Shown here piece by piece: positions 26,225 to 35,663 of a stretch of 64,000 bases of DNA (its first letter is position 1; the number at the start of each line of letters is the position of its first letter). Source of the DNA: Patescibacteria group bacterium. Lineage in GTDB: Bacteria > Patescibacteriota > Minisyncoccia > Moranbacterales > UBA2206. The stretch is taken from assembly GCA_022709735.1 (NCBI GenBank), contig JAKLIG010000001.1:128586-192585 (forward strand). The letters are read 5' to 3'. Made by a program: the position numbers and the translations under genes. The notes beneath the pieces were generated by a model, which saw only the letters and a program-made list of their open reading frames with translations, did no database searches and was not told where the DNA came from.

Positions 26225-27916
26225 ATGTTTACATTTCCCGATCCTAAAACTAAAAATCCCAAGGAGCGACGAATCCAACGAATACTCGAGGTTATTCCGG
26301 GAATTTTGACTTGGACAACGCTTATTGGTATGTTTGTTTTCTCTTTTTTGCTTCCAATTTATGTGGCTATTTTTATCATTGTTTTTGATATCTATTGGAT
26401 TTATCGAACTATTTTTATCGCCTATTATTCCGTAGAGGGATATCGAAAACTCAAAAAAGGCAAAGAAATAAACTGGTGGGATAGATGCCAAAACATTATG
26501 GATCCTGGAAAATACGCTGAAATTATAAAGGAACGCATTTTAAATATGGAAAAAGGCTTGGAAGAAAGTGCTGAACTGCCGAGAAAAGAAAGAAAAATTT
26601 TGGAAAGAGAAATTGACCGATGCAAAGAATATCTCGAAGAAGTGAATGAAATTTCAAAAGTAAAAGAACAAATTTTAGATTGGCGGGAAATTGTTCATGT
26701 GATTATGCTTCCAACAGCTAATGAACCGGCGGAAGTTATCGAGCCAGCTATTCAAGCGATAGCTGATTCTAATTTTCCCAATCAGCAGTTTATTATTCTT
26801 TTGGCGACAGAAGAGCGGGAACCTGAAGCACAGAGACTTCAAAAAGTTAATTATCTCAAAAATAAATTTCAGGGAGTTTTCCGCGATTTTATTGTGACTA
26901 CGCATATAGTGAAAGATGATGAAATGAAAGCCAAGGGATCAAATGCTACTTTTGCGGCAAATTTTTTGGCAAAATATCTAGAAGAAAAAAATATTGATTT
27001 TAAAAAAGTTATTTTTTCTAATTTTGACTGCGACAGCGTAGCTCATAAGGAATATTTTGCCGCGCTCACTTATGAATACATAATTGATCCAAAAAGATTG
27101 CAGAGAAGCTATCAGCCTCTCCCGATGTATCATAATAATTTGTGGGATACTAATGCATTTGTCCGAGTGATTGTTACCGGTTCAAGCTTCTGGCATATTT
27201 TTCAAAGCACCAGAACGGAAGGCATGGTAACTTTCTCTTCTCATAGCGAACCATTTGATACGCTTTATCGAGTAAATTTTTGGCCGATAAATATGATCAG
27301 CGAAGACTCGATTATATATTGGAAATGCTACACGTATTATAACGGCGATTATAAAGTCAAACCGATTTATCTGCCAATTTCACTAGACGCAGTTTTGGCG
27401 GAAACTTATTGGAAGACGATCAAAAATCAATATAAACAAAAAAGACGCTGGGCTTATGGAATCGAAAACTTTCCAATTATTATGAGAGCGATTGGTCCAA
27501 ATAAAAAAATAAGTCCATTGAAAAAATTCAAAGTAGCTTTTGAAATGCTCGAAGGCCATCATAGCTGGGCGACGGCCAGTATGATTTTGGCAGTTTTAGG
27601 GTGGTTACCACTTATTTTTGGAGGCGATAGTTTCAATCAATCAGTTCTAGCGCACAATTTGCCCTATATAACGCGTTTTCTTATGACCTTGGCTATGTTT
27701 GGCCTTGTTATTTCAATGTCCTTGAGTTTTCTTTTGATGCCACCTCGTCCAAAAAAATATTCCAAATGGAGGAACTTTTATATGTTGATTCAATGGGTTT
27801 TAGTGCCAATCATCGCACCTTTTCTTGGATCTTTGCCATCTATTGATTCACAGACAAGAATTTTATTTGGAAAATATTTCGGAGAATTTTGGGTAACGGA
27901 AAAAATGAGAAAATAA
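26225..27916 (+). CDS. Membrane glycosyltransferase family 2, processive (cellulose/chitin-synthase-like)
   Basis: N- and C-terminal TM bundles, central GT-A domain with NFDCD (DXD) and QKRRWAYG (QxxRW) motifs. Confidence 0.55.
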   Translation: MFTFPDPKTKNPKERRIQRILEVIPGILTWTTLIGMFVFSFLLPIYVAIFIIVFDIYWIYRTIFIAYYSVEGYRKLKKGKEINWWDRCQNIMDPGKYAEIIKERILNMEKGLEESAELPRKERKILEREIDRCKEYLEEVNEISKVKEQILDWREIVHVIMLPTANEPAEVIEPAIQAIADSNFPNQQFIILLATEEREPEAQRLQKVNYLKNKFQGVFRDFIVTTHIVKDDEMKAKGSNATFAANFLAKYLEEKNIDFKKVIFSNFDCDSVAHKEYFAALTYEYIIDPKRLQRSYQPLPMYHNNLWDTNAFVRVIVTGSSFWHIFQSTRTEGMVTFSSHSEPFDTLYRVNFWPINMISEDSIIYWKCYTYYNGDYKVKPIYLPISLDAVLAETYWKTIKNQYKQKRRWAYGIENFPIIMRAIGPNKKISPLKKFKVAFEMLEGHHSWATASMILAVLGWLPLIFGGDSFNQSVLAHNLPYITRFLMTLAMFGLVISMSLSFLLMPPRPKKYSKWRNFYMLIQWVLVPIIAPFLGSLPSIDSQTRILFGKYFGEFWVTEKMRK

Positions 27917-27920
27917 AAAT

Positions 27921-28955
27921 ATGAAATACTTGATGCCATTTCTGATTTCTTTTTCCCTTACGGCGATTTTGATTTATGTAATTATTTCGCTTACCAAAAA
28001 AATAAAATGGTTAGGCCGGGAAAATTTCCGCCATATCCACAAAAATAATATCTCAAGGCTCGGCGGATTAGCGATGGTGATTGTTTTTAATCTCGCAATT
28101 TTAATAAACAAAGATTTATTTCTAAATTCCCAGTTTTATGGCTTTTTGATTGGAAACATCATTCTTCTTTTGGTTTGTTTTTTGGATGATCTCAAAGAAA
28201 TTCGCTGGAAAATCCAGCTTTTTACACAAATTGCAACTTCAGTTTTTGTGTTTATTATGGGGATTAGAATCTATTATATAACTAATCCGCTAAACGGGGG
28301 GATTATAAAACTAGATTCTGGAATTGGAGTGATTTTTTCTGTCGCGCTGGTTATCTTCTGGCTTATTTTAGTGATGAATTCGATTAATTGGGCAGATGGA
28401 ATTGACGGACTTTCTGGTGGAATTTCTTTTATAACAGTGGCAACAATATTTTTCTTAAGCTTCCATTCGGAAGTCAATCAACCACCGATTGCTATAGCCT
28501 GTGCAATTTTAATGGGAACTATTCTAGGATTTTTAACTTTCAATTTTTATCCATCAAAAATTCTTGCTGGCACGACCGGCGCTATGTTTATGGGTTTTTC
28601 CTTGGCAGTGCTCGCGATTTTTGCCGGTACAAAAATCGCAACTTCTCTTTTGGTTTTAGCTGTTCCAGTTATCGATTCGCTCTGGGTAGTCGGCGAAAGA
28701 ATTAGGAATAAAAAATCCGTGTTTGTTCCAGATCGGAACCACTTGCATTATAAACTGATGGAATTAGGCTGGTCGCAAAGAAAAATAGTGCTGGTTTATT
28801 GGGTATTCACTGCCGTTGTCGCCACCGTTGCTCTGAATACTCGAATGATCGGGAAGGGAATTACTCTTTTCCTAGTGGCAATCATCATGATAGTGGCGAC
28901 ATTAGCGATAAATAAAAAAATTTCTGATTTAAATAAAAATAAAAAATTAGCTTGA
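27921..28955 (+). CDS. Undecaprenyl-phosphate N-acetylhexosamine-1-phosphate transferase, WecA/TagO-like (GT4/MraY superfamily)
   Basis: NSINWADGIDGLSGG and PDRNHLHYKL motifs (WecA/TagO-type rather than MraY PIHHHxE). Confidence 0.6.
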   Translation: MKYLMPFLISFSLTAILIYVIISLTKKIKWLGRENFRHIHKNNISRLGGLAMVIVFNLAILINKDLFLNSQFYGFLIGNIILLLVCFLDDLKEIRWKIQLFTQIATSVFVFIMGIRIYYITNPLNGGIIKLDSGIGVIFSVALVIFWLILVMNSINWADGIDGLSGGISFITVATIFFLSFHSEVNQPPIAIACAILMGTILGFLTFNFYPSKILAGTTGAMFMGFSLAVLAIFAGTKIATSLLVLAVPVIDSLWVVGERIRNKKSVFVPDRNHLHYKLMELGWSQRKIVLVYWVFTAVVATVALNTRMIGKGITLFLVAIIMIVATLAINKKISDLNKNKKLA

Positions 28956-29395
28956 AATCAAAAAATATTGCAAAAATTATTTCAATAGTTTTTTTTGGAG
29001 CATCTCTGATTCTGGCTGGGCTTTGGTATTATAATTTGAAAAATTACAAAACAGTTGAAATTGGCGGACAAAAATTTTTTGTGAAATTAGTCCAAACGCC
29101 GAAAGAAAAAGCGCTAGGGTTGAGTTGGCGAAGTGATATCAAAGAAAATGAAGGCATGCTTTTTAGCTTTGAGAAAAGCGGGGAGTATTCTTTTTGGATG
29201 AAAGGGATGAAATTTGATTTGGATATCCTTTGGATAGAAGAGGGGAAAATAGCTTATATTGCTAAAAATATAGCGTATAATTCCTTGGAAACAATTGATC
29301 CTAAAATAAAGGCTGATAAAGTTTTGGAAATCAAAGCCGGTATGGCGGATAAATTCGGCTTCAAAATAGGGGACAGTGTGAAAATTTTCTATTAA
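28952..29395 (+). CDS. DUF192 (COG1430) protein
   Basis: ALGLSWRSDIKENEGMLFSF...FWMKGMKFDLDILWI matches DUF192 pattern. Confidence 0.6.
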   Translation: MKSKNIAKIISIVFFGASLILAGLWYYNLKNYKTVEIGGQKFFVKLVQTPKEKALGLSWRSDIKENEGMLFSFEKSGEYSFWMKGMKFDLDILWIEEGKIAYIAKNIAYNSLETIDPKIKADKVLEIKAGMADKFGFKIGDSVKIFY

Positions 29396-29414
29396 AACTT
29401 CTAGCTCATGAAAC

Positions 29415-29448
29415 AAAAATCCTCCCTGCCTAAGCGGGGAGGATTTTT
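29415..29448. terminator. Bidirectional rho-independent terminator
   Basis: aaaaatcctccc-tgcctaagc-gggaggattttt between convergent genes. Confidence 0.75.
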
Positions 29449-29516
29449 GTTATTTTGAAAGTAATAATATACTTATCTCAAAAAAGAACAAAGTGATTAT
29501 GGATTAGGGAATTTCA

Positions 29517-30110
29517 TCATGACAACGACGGTACTCTGACGGCATACTTATGCAGATTTTTCAGCTGATTATCATTAAGATTTTTGGATTTTGAAATCCC
29601 ATCTCTGATTAAATCCTTGGAAAATTCTATTGATGTGCCTACTAAAACTTTGCCCTTGTGTCCTGCATTCTTTCGCAAATAATCTTCGATATAAATCTTA
29701 TGTTCTGCGGTGAGTGCTGAATCAGGGTTTTTTTCTAGAAAATCAGCTAGCGCCTTTCTTGCTAATGTTGTCTGGCTGTCGCCTTTTCCAGCTGCTTCGA
29801 CAAAGGAGTTTTCTGTTTCTTGGCTAGTCGCGATTGAAGATGTTTTTTCTTCACTGGATTTATTTTCAGAAATGGCATTTGATCCATTTTTTTCAGAAGA
29901 AACGCCTTCTTCGCTTATAGCTATATTAGACTCGCTTGATCGTGGGGATTCCGTTCGCTTTGAGTATGAATATATTCCTCCAGCAATCAAAATTACAATA
30001 AGAATGCTCACGATTATCCGCATGTTGTCTTCTAACCATTCCTTAATCTTGCCTTGAGTAGTTGACTCTTGATCTAAATCTTTTTCTTCTACTTCTTGAT
30101 TTTGTTCCAT
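29517..30110 (-). CDS. Membrane-anchored Ser/Glu-rich protein, hypothetical
   Basis: Single TM (IIVSILIVILIAGGIYSY) then low-complexity acidic/Ser region. Confidence 0.4.
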   Translation of the reverse strand: MEQNQEVEEKDLDQESTTQGKIKEWLEDNMRIIVSILIVILIAGGIYSYSKRTESPRSSESNIAISEEGVSSEKNGSNAISENKSSEEKTSSIATSQETENSFVEAAGKGDSQTTLARKALADFLEKNPDSALTAEHKIYIEDYLRKNAGHKGKVLVGTSIEFSKDLIRDGISKSKNLNDNQLKNLHKYAVRVPSLS

Positions 30111-30614
30111 ATTTTCACCTTCCTTTCTATTATTAATATTTATTGTTTTTAACGTGCTTTCGTTGAAGCTTTCTGTATATTAAATTCTAGCGAAAGCCCG
30201 AGGAAGCGTCAACTAGACAGAGGGGCTTATTTAGGGCATAATAAAGGTTTTTTTAGTTTTAAAATTAATTCGCTTATTTTATAAATTGTTTATAATTTGT
30301 CATTTAGTGCTAAAATAATTTTTAATTTTTGAATTTTTAATTTTATAAATAAATTTAAATCTTTTAATGTTTTAAAATTATAATTTTAAGCATTATTTAA
30401 AAATTATAAAATTATAAAATTGAAAATTTTCGCCTGTGGATAACTTTTTGCTATTGCAAATAAAAATAATTCATTGTATAATTACATCAAGAGAATTATT
30501 TTTATTCGATAACGTTCGAAAAAATAATTTTTTGAAAACAAAAAGGTCGAAAACAAAAATTATAAATTATTATAAATTCAAAAAATAAAAATAGAAAGGA
30601 AGGTGACTTTTAAA

Positions 30615-30677
30615 ATGGCAAAGAAAAAAAAGGTTGCAAAAAAGAAAAAGGCTGCAAAGAAGAAGAAGAAGAAATAG
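30615..30677 (+). CDS. Tiny lysine-rich peptide MAKKKKVAKKKKAAKKKKKK (20 aa), un-called micro-ORF
   Basis: AAGGAAGGTGA SD about 10 nt upstream of ATG 30615, TAG stop 30675-30677, perfect terminator 75 bp downstream. Confidence 0.3.
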   Translation: MAKKKKVAKKKKAAKKKKKK

Positions 30678-30750
30678 TCTTTTCTAAATAATGACCCGAT
30701 TTGTTCGGGTTTGATTTGTTCCTTAACGCTTAAGTGTTATCAACAAAAAC

Positions 30751-30776
30751 AAAAAACCGCGAAATCGCGGTTTTTT
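30751..30776. terminator. Bidirectional rho-independent terminator
   Basis: aaaaaaccgcg-aaat-cgcggtttttt perfect stem; 24 bp beyond prmC stop on the other strand. Confidence 0.8.
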
Positions 30777-30799
30777 GCTGTATAAAAGGCAATTTTTCA

Positions 30800-31672
30800 T
30801 TAGATTTCAAAGGAAGCAACGCGCCATTTTCCGGCTAAATCTTTTTGAAATTCAACTTTTGCTTTAGGAAAATATTTTTTGATTAATTTTGAAATTTTTT
30901 GTTTTTGTTCGGGACTAATTTCCAAGATAGCTTTTAGCTTACCTGCCTCGCCGGCAGGCGGGTAGCTTTTAGCTTCTAACTTTTTAATCTGTCGGAATAA
31001 TTTTTCATAGTGGTTTAGTCCATCAATTCCGGAAAGCAAAGCTGATTTTGGTTCAAAGTTTTTAACATCGGGAGAAGTTTTGGAATAAATTATTTCAGAG
31101 AGATAAGGAAGATTGGCGACGATAATTAGTTTGTTAGCTTTTAGCTTTTGGCTTTTAGTAAAAAAATAATTCAATAAATCAGATTGAATAAATTTAATTT
31201 TTTTATCAACTTTATTTTTTTTCGCATTATATTCGGCAACACACAATGCTTTTTTAGAAATATCAATTCCAATAAATTTATTTCTAGTTTTTAAATTTTT
31301 TGCCAAGCTAATTATTATATTTCCGCTACCCGTCCCTAAGTCTATTATTGTGCTGTTTTTTGGGCTTATTTTAAGGACTTCTTCAACTAAATGTTCTGTT
31401 TCTGGTCGAGGGATAAGAACATGCTTGTTCACCTTAAAATCAAGGCCATAAAACTCTTTTTGGCCCAAAATATAGGCAATCGGCTCGTGTTTTAGCCGTC
31501 TTTTTACATACTTCTTAATTCTTTCTTCTTGCTTCTTATTCAAATTGTATTCCGGATGCGCCAAAATAAACTCACGAGACTTTTTTAGGGCGTGAGCGAT
31601 AATTAATTCAAGATCTAAACTATCTAATTTTGAAGAATATTTATTGAAATAATCTTTTATTATCACAACCAA
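30800..31672 (-). CDS. prmC: Release factor glutamine methyltransferase PrmC (HemK)
   Basis: DLGTGSGNIIISLAK SAM motif, VANLPYL (NPPY-type) motif; downstream of prfA. Confidence 0.8.
   Translation of the reverse strand: MVVIIKDYFNKYSSKLDSLDLELIIAHALKKSREFILAHPEYNLNKKQEERIKKYVKRRLKHEPIAYILGQKEFYGLDFKVNKHVLIPRPETEHLVEEVLKISPKNSTIIDLGTGSGNIIISLAKNLKTRNKFIGIDISKKALCVAEYNAKKNKVDKKIKFIQSDLLNYFFTKSQKLKANKLIIVANLPYLSEIIYSKTSPDVKNFEPKSALLSGIDGLNHYEKLFRQIKKLEAKSYPPAGEAGKLKAILEISPEQKQKISKLIKKYFPKAKVEFQKDLAGKWRVASFEI
30929..30975. repeat. GC-rich palindrome ACCTGCCTCGCCGGCAGGCGGGT flanked by 12-bp direct repeat AGCTTTTAGCTT, inside prmC reading frame
   Basis: Palindrome 30941-30963; direct repeats 30929-30940 and 30964-30975; encodes PPAGEAG on minus strand. 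Confidence 0.8.
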
Positions 31673-31715
31673 TTTACAATTTTCAATTTACAATTATTTG
31701 ATCATTGAAAATTAA
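31673..31715. repeat. AT-rich CAATTTACAAT repeat cluster in prfA-prmC spacer
   Basis: caatttacaattttcaatttacaatt... shares units with 8949-9092. Confidence 0.6.
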
Positions 31716-32780
31716 TTATTTTCCTAGCTTCCGTTTAATGTCTTCTTCCTGAAGCGCGGAAATTAGTTCATCTATATTTCCTTCCAAAATATTTTTGATA
31801 TTGCTCCAGCTTTGTTTGATTCGGTGATCAGTGATTCGATCTTGCGGAAAATTGTAGGTTCTGATTTTTTCACTTCGGTCTCCGGTACCGATTTGTGATT
31901 TTCGCGCGTCGCTTGATTCTTTGGCTTTTTTGTCTTCTTCCATTTGCAAAAGTCGGGAACGAAGAACTTTCATGGCCTTATCCTTGTTTTTGAGTTGGGA
32001 TTTTTCGTCTTGGCAGGAAACAATGAGGCCAGTTGGAATGTGCGTAATTCGAACGGCAGATTTAGTTGTGTTTACTGATTGTCCGCCAGGGCCCGATGAG
32101 CAAAAAGTGTCGATTCTTAGGTCTTTTTCTTCGATTTTAAGCTCAACTTCTTGGGCTTCTGGTAGAACGGCCACGGTAGCTGTTGAAGTGTGCACCCGAC
32201 CGTTTTTTTCAGTTTCGGGAATTCTCTGCACGCGATGAACGCCGGATTCATATTTCATTTTTCCATATACATTCGAACCATTAATTTCAAAAACTACTTC
32301 TTTGTATCCGCCAATTCCAATGACATTAGAATTCAAAAAAACTGTTTGCCAGCGATTTTTTTCAGCATAACGCGAATACATTCGAAAAAGAACACCAGCG
32401 AAAAGTGCCGACTCGTCTCCACCAGCGCCAGCGCGAATTTCTACGATGACATTTTTTTCATCATTAGGATCTTTGGGCAAAAGTGCTTTTTCCAATTTTT
32501 TTTCAAAAATTTCTTTTTTTTGAGATAACGAAATATTTTCTTCCATTGCCATTTGTTTCATTTCGGCGTCTTCGGTTGAAGAATTTATAATTCCGGCATT
32601 TTCCTCCATGGCTTTTTCTAATTTTTCCAGCTCGGTTATATTTTCCATAACATCAGAGAGTTCGGCTTGTCTTTTTCCAAGTCGCGCCATTTTTTGGGCA
32701 TCATTAAAAACCTCGGGGCTGTTAAGCTCGGTTGAAATTTCGTTATATTCCTTTTTAATCTTCTCAATTTGGTCTTTCAT
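31716..32780 (-). CDS. prfA: Peptide chain release factor 1
   Basis: [19 protein letters not shown] motif; full-length. Confidence 0.9.
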   Translation of the reverse strand: MKDQIEKIKKEYNEISTELNSPEVFNDAQKMARLGKRQAELSDVMENITELEKLEKAMEENAGIINSSTEDAEMKQMAMEENISLSQKKEIFEKKLEKALLPKDPNDEKNVIVEIRAGAGGDESALFAGVLFRMYSRYAEKNRWQTVFLNSNVIGIGGYKEVVFEINGSNVYGKMKYESGVHRVQRIPETEKNGRVHTSTATVAVLPEAQEVELKIEEKDLRIDTFCSSGPGGQSVNTTKSAVRITHIPTGLIVSCQDEKSQLKNKDKAMKVLRSRLLQMEEDKKAKESSDARKSQIGTGDRSEKIRTYNFPQDRITDHRIKQSWSNIKNILEGNIDELISALQEEDIKRKLGK

Positions 32781-32866
32781 ACCAAGTTATTACAATATTT
32801 ATTCCTAGCTTATTTTGTGCTATATTTAGTATATCATATAAGAAGTTTAATAAGAAAACAAGGATT

Positions 32867-33805
32867 ATGCAAAAGATTCTAATAATAGGTTCCAAGGGAA
32901 TGCTGGGACAAGAGCTGGTTAAAACTTTTAAAAAAGACGGCGATTATAAAGTAATTGCTTGGGATAGGGAAGATATTGATATCACACGCGAAAAAGAAGT
33001 TTCTAAAAAAATCGGCTTTACTAAGCCGAATGTTATCATAAATGCGGCGGCTTATAATGCAGTGGATAAATGCGAGTCTGATAAAAAGGAATATAAATTA
33101 GCTTTGGATATAAATGGCAAGGCACCAGGATATTTGGCGGCGTCAGCGAAAAAAAACAAAGCTATTCTGGTTCATTATTCTACTAATTATGTTTTTAATG
33201 GCGAACCGGAAATTCCAGAGCCCGCAGGTTGCTCTCATTCCTGTGCTTCTTGTTCGCTTCACCAAGGATTTCAACCGGAGATCGGTTTTAATGAAGATGC
33301 TAAAACTAGCCCGATTAATAATTATGGAAAATCTAAATTATTAGGAGAAAAGGAAGTAGAAAAAAATATAAAAAAATATTATATTATACGCACATCGTGG
33401 CTTTTTGGAAAACCGGCTATCTCGAAGGATGCTAAAAGAAGTTTTTTTGATATAATGTTGGAAGTTGGTAAAAATCCGCCAGCTGACGGAAAAGAAGTAA
33501 AAGCAGTAGAGGATGAAAATGCTTGTTTCACTTATGCGCCGGATTTAGCCAAAAAAACCAAGGAAATTGTTGATGCCAAGAAGCCTTTTGGGATTTATCA
33601 CATTGTGAATAGCGGTCCTTGCACATGGTATGAAGCTGTCGTAGAATTATATAAGCAGGCTAAGATTAAAACTAAAGTTATTCCGGTTGAAGGAAGCGAA
33701 TTTCCTCGTCCAGCCAAACGGCCGTTTTATTCGGTTTTGGTTAATACTAAGCTTAATCCGATGAGAAGCTGGAAAGAAGCGTTGAAAGAATATTTAAAGA
33801 AGTGA
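32867..33805 (+). CDS. rmlD: dTDP-4-dehydrorhamnose reductase RmlD with 23-aa Cys-rich insertion
   Basis: MQKILIIGSKGMLGQEL Rossmann start, STNYVF...NYGKSK catalytic YxxxK; extra PEIPEPAGCSHSCASCSLHQGFQ segment. Confidence 0.75.
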   Translation: MQKILIIGSKGMLGQELVKTFKKDGDYKVIAWDREDIDITREKEVSKKIGFTKPNVIINAAAYNAVDKCESDKKEYKLALDINGKAPGYLAASAKKNKAILVHYSTNYVFNGEPEIPEPAGCSHSCASCSLHQGFQPEIGFNEDAKTSPINNYGKSKLLGEKEVEKNIKKYYIIRTSWLFGKPAISKDAKRSFFDIMLEVGKNPPADGKEVKAVEDENACFTYAPDLAKKTKEIVDAKKPFGIYHIVNSGPCTWYEAVVELYKQAKIKTKVIPVEGSEFPRPAKRPFYSVLVNTKLNPMRSWKEALKEYLKK

Positions 33806-33826
33806 TCTTGGTTATAAAAACTAATA

Positions 33827-34279
33827 TTGCATAAAGCTATGTCAGAAAATTTAATGCCGATATTGGATAAAAAAGTAGCATCAGAAGAAATAAACAAAAA
33901 AACAGGATTAACAAAAAAAGAGAAAGAGCATAAAATAGAACTTCTTGATGAGATAATAAAAAAACAAAAGAGGGAATTTTGTGATAATATAATAAATAAT
34001 CCACAAAAAGGCGATGTCATAATTGAAAATCCCGGAACGGAAAGAGAAAAAAAATATGAAATAATTTCTGTTACTAATTGGTCAATAAATAGTTGGGGAA
34101 ATTGGCGTGCTCCAGGAAACGCTAGAATAGACATAGTCAAATTTTGTTATACATTTCATGGGCAAAGTGTTAATTATGAACGGCCACTAGAAATTTTTTC
34201 CGAGAGCATTAAATTTGTTGTTTCGCACGAAGATATTGTTGAGTTTTTACGAAAATCTGAAGATGTATTTTATCGCTAG
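33827..34279 (+). CDS. Hypothetical protein
   Basis: 150-aa ORF (alternative ATG 33839); no recognisable motif. Confidence 0.35.
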   Translation: MHKAMSENLMPILDKKVASEEINKKTGLTKKEKEHKIELLDEIIKKQKREFCDNIINNPQKGDVIIENPGTEREKKYEIISVTNWSINSWGNWRAPGNARIDIVKFCYTFHGQSVNYERPLEIFSESIKFVVSHEDIVEFLRKSEDVFYR

Positions 34280-34315
34280 ATACTATAAAAAATTAATCAA
34301 TGCTAATGAATTAAT

Positions 34316-35560
34316 ATGAAAAATTTAAAAAACCAGGACAAAGAAGTTTATAAGGCGACTTTGGGAGAATTAAAACGTCAGCAGGAAGGAATGGAGCTTA
34401 TTGCATCGGAAAATTATGTTTCCGAAGCTGTTTTGGAAGCGCTAGGGTCGGTTTTTACTAATAAATATAGCGAAGGTTATCCAGGGCATCGTTATTATGG
34501 TGGACAAACCTATACGGATGTAGTGGAAAGTCTAGCAATTTCACGCGCGAAAAAACTTTTTGGCGCGGAGCATGTCAATGTCCAACCGCTTTCCGGCGCA
34601 CCAGCTAATATGATTGCTTATAGCGCAGTTCTCAAGCCTGGTGACAAAGTTTTGGGCATGGATTTGGCGCATGGTGGGCATTTGACTCATGGTCATCCAG
34701 TGACACTATCTGCCAAGATTTATAATTTCATCCGCTATAAAACTGAAAAAAACGGCAAAATTGATTATAAAAAATTGGAAGAAATGGCAAAACGCGAGAA
34801 ACCACAAATGATTCTGGCCGGATTTTCTGCCTATACAAGACAGTTGGATTATAAAAAATTTGCCGATATTGCTAAAAAAGTCGGGGCAATCACAATGATT
34901 GACATTGCCCACATTGCCGGACTTATTGCAGGAAAAGCTCTGCCAAATCCAGTGCCATATTTTGATATTGTGACGACAACGACGCACAAAACTCTTCGCG
35001 GGCCTCGTGGAGGAATGATTATGTGCAAGCAAAAATATGCTAAGGCGATTGATAAGGCAACCTTTCCAGGTTTTCAGGGTGGACCGCATGAAAACAATAT
35101 TGCCGCTAAAGCCGTGGCTTTCGGCGAAGCTTTGAAGCCATCTTTCAAAAAATATGCCACACAAATAATCAAAAATGCCAAAGTGCTGGAACAAGAACTT
35201 CGAAAATATGGATTTAAGCTTTGTTTTGGTGGAACGGATAATCATATGGTGCTAGTTGATGTTTGGGGTTCAAAAAATGTTAGCGGAAAAGAAGCGCAAG
35301 AAGCGCTGGATGAAATCGGAATTTCGCTAAACAAAAATATGATTCCGAATGATACAAGAAATCCAATGGATCCAAGTGGAATTAGAATTGGAGTTCCAGC
35401 CATTACTTCTCGCGGAATGAAAGAGAAAGAAATAAAAATTATTTCTAAGTGGATAAATGACGCAATTAAAAATAAGGATAATAAAAAAGAATTAGAGAAA
35501 TTGCATAAAGAGGTAATAACGCTATGTAAGAAATTTCCGTTATATAAGAATATTAAATAA
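34316..35560 (+). CDS. glyA: Serine hydroxymethyltransferase
   Basis: TTTTHKTLRGPRGG PLP-lysine region; full-length 414 aa. Confidence 0.95.
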   Translation: MKNLKNQDKEVYKATLGELKRQQEGMELIASENYVSEAVLEALGSVFTNKYSEGYPGHRYYGGQTYTDVVESLAISRAKKLFGAEHVNVQPLSGAPANMIAYSAVLKPGDKVLGMDLAHGGHLTHGHPVTLSAKIYNFIRYKTEKNGKIDYKKLEEMAKREKPQMILAGFSAYTRQLDYKKFADIAKKVGAITMIDIAHIAGLIAGKALPNPVPYFDIVTTTTHKTLRGPRGGMIMCKQKYAKAIDKATFPGFQGGPHENNIAAKAVAFGEALKPSFKKYATQIIKNAKVLEQELRKYGFKLCFGGTDNHMVLVDVWGSKNVSGKEAQEALDEIGISLNKNMIPNDTRNPMDPSGIRIGVPAITSRGMKEKEIKIISKWINDAIKNKDNKKELEKLHKEVITLCKKFPLYKNIK

Positions 35561-35606
35561 TTTTTTAATGTCATTCCGAACTTGATCCGGAATCTATATA
35601 AATTAG

Positions 35607-35648
35607 ATCCTGAAACCTGCCTGCCGGCAGGCACGGCAAGTTCAGGAT
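35607..35648. repeat. GC-rich palindrome CCTGCCTGCCGGCAGGCA (copy 3) nested in ATCCTGAAA/TTCAGGAT inverted repeat
   Basis: Between glyA stop and RmlA-like start; preceded by a second hairpin attccgaacttgatccggaat. Confidence 0.8.
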
Positions 35649-35663
35649 GAAAAAAATAATAAT

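Noticed and set aside
27921-28955. Calling this gene mraY to complete the dcw set
   Set aside because: Motifs (GIDGLSGG, PDRNHLHYKL) fit WecA/TagO-type transferases better than MraY (PIHHHxE), and it is not linked to the dcw cluster.
30240-30600. Possible CRISPR array or tandem repeat in the long AT-rich gap
   Set aside because: Only very short local duplications (attataaa x2, a few poly-A/T runs); no regularly spaced repeats of 20 nt or more.
31921-32528. Plus-strand ORFs of 105 and 112 aa
   Set aside because: Antisense to prfA, which has an unambiguous GGQ motif.
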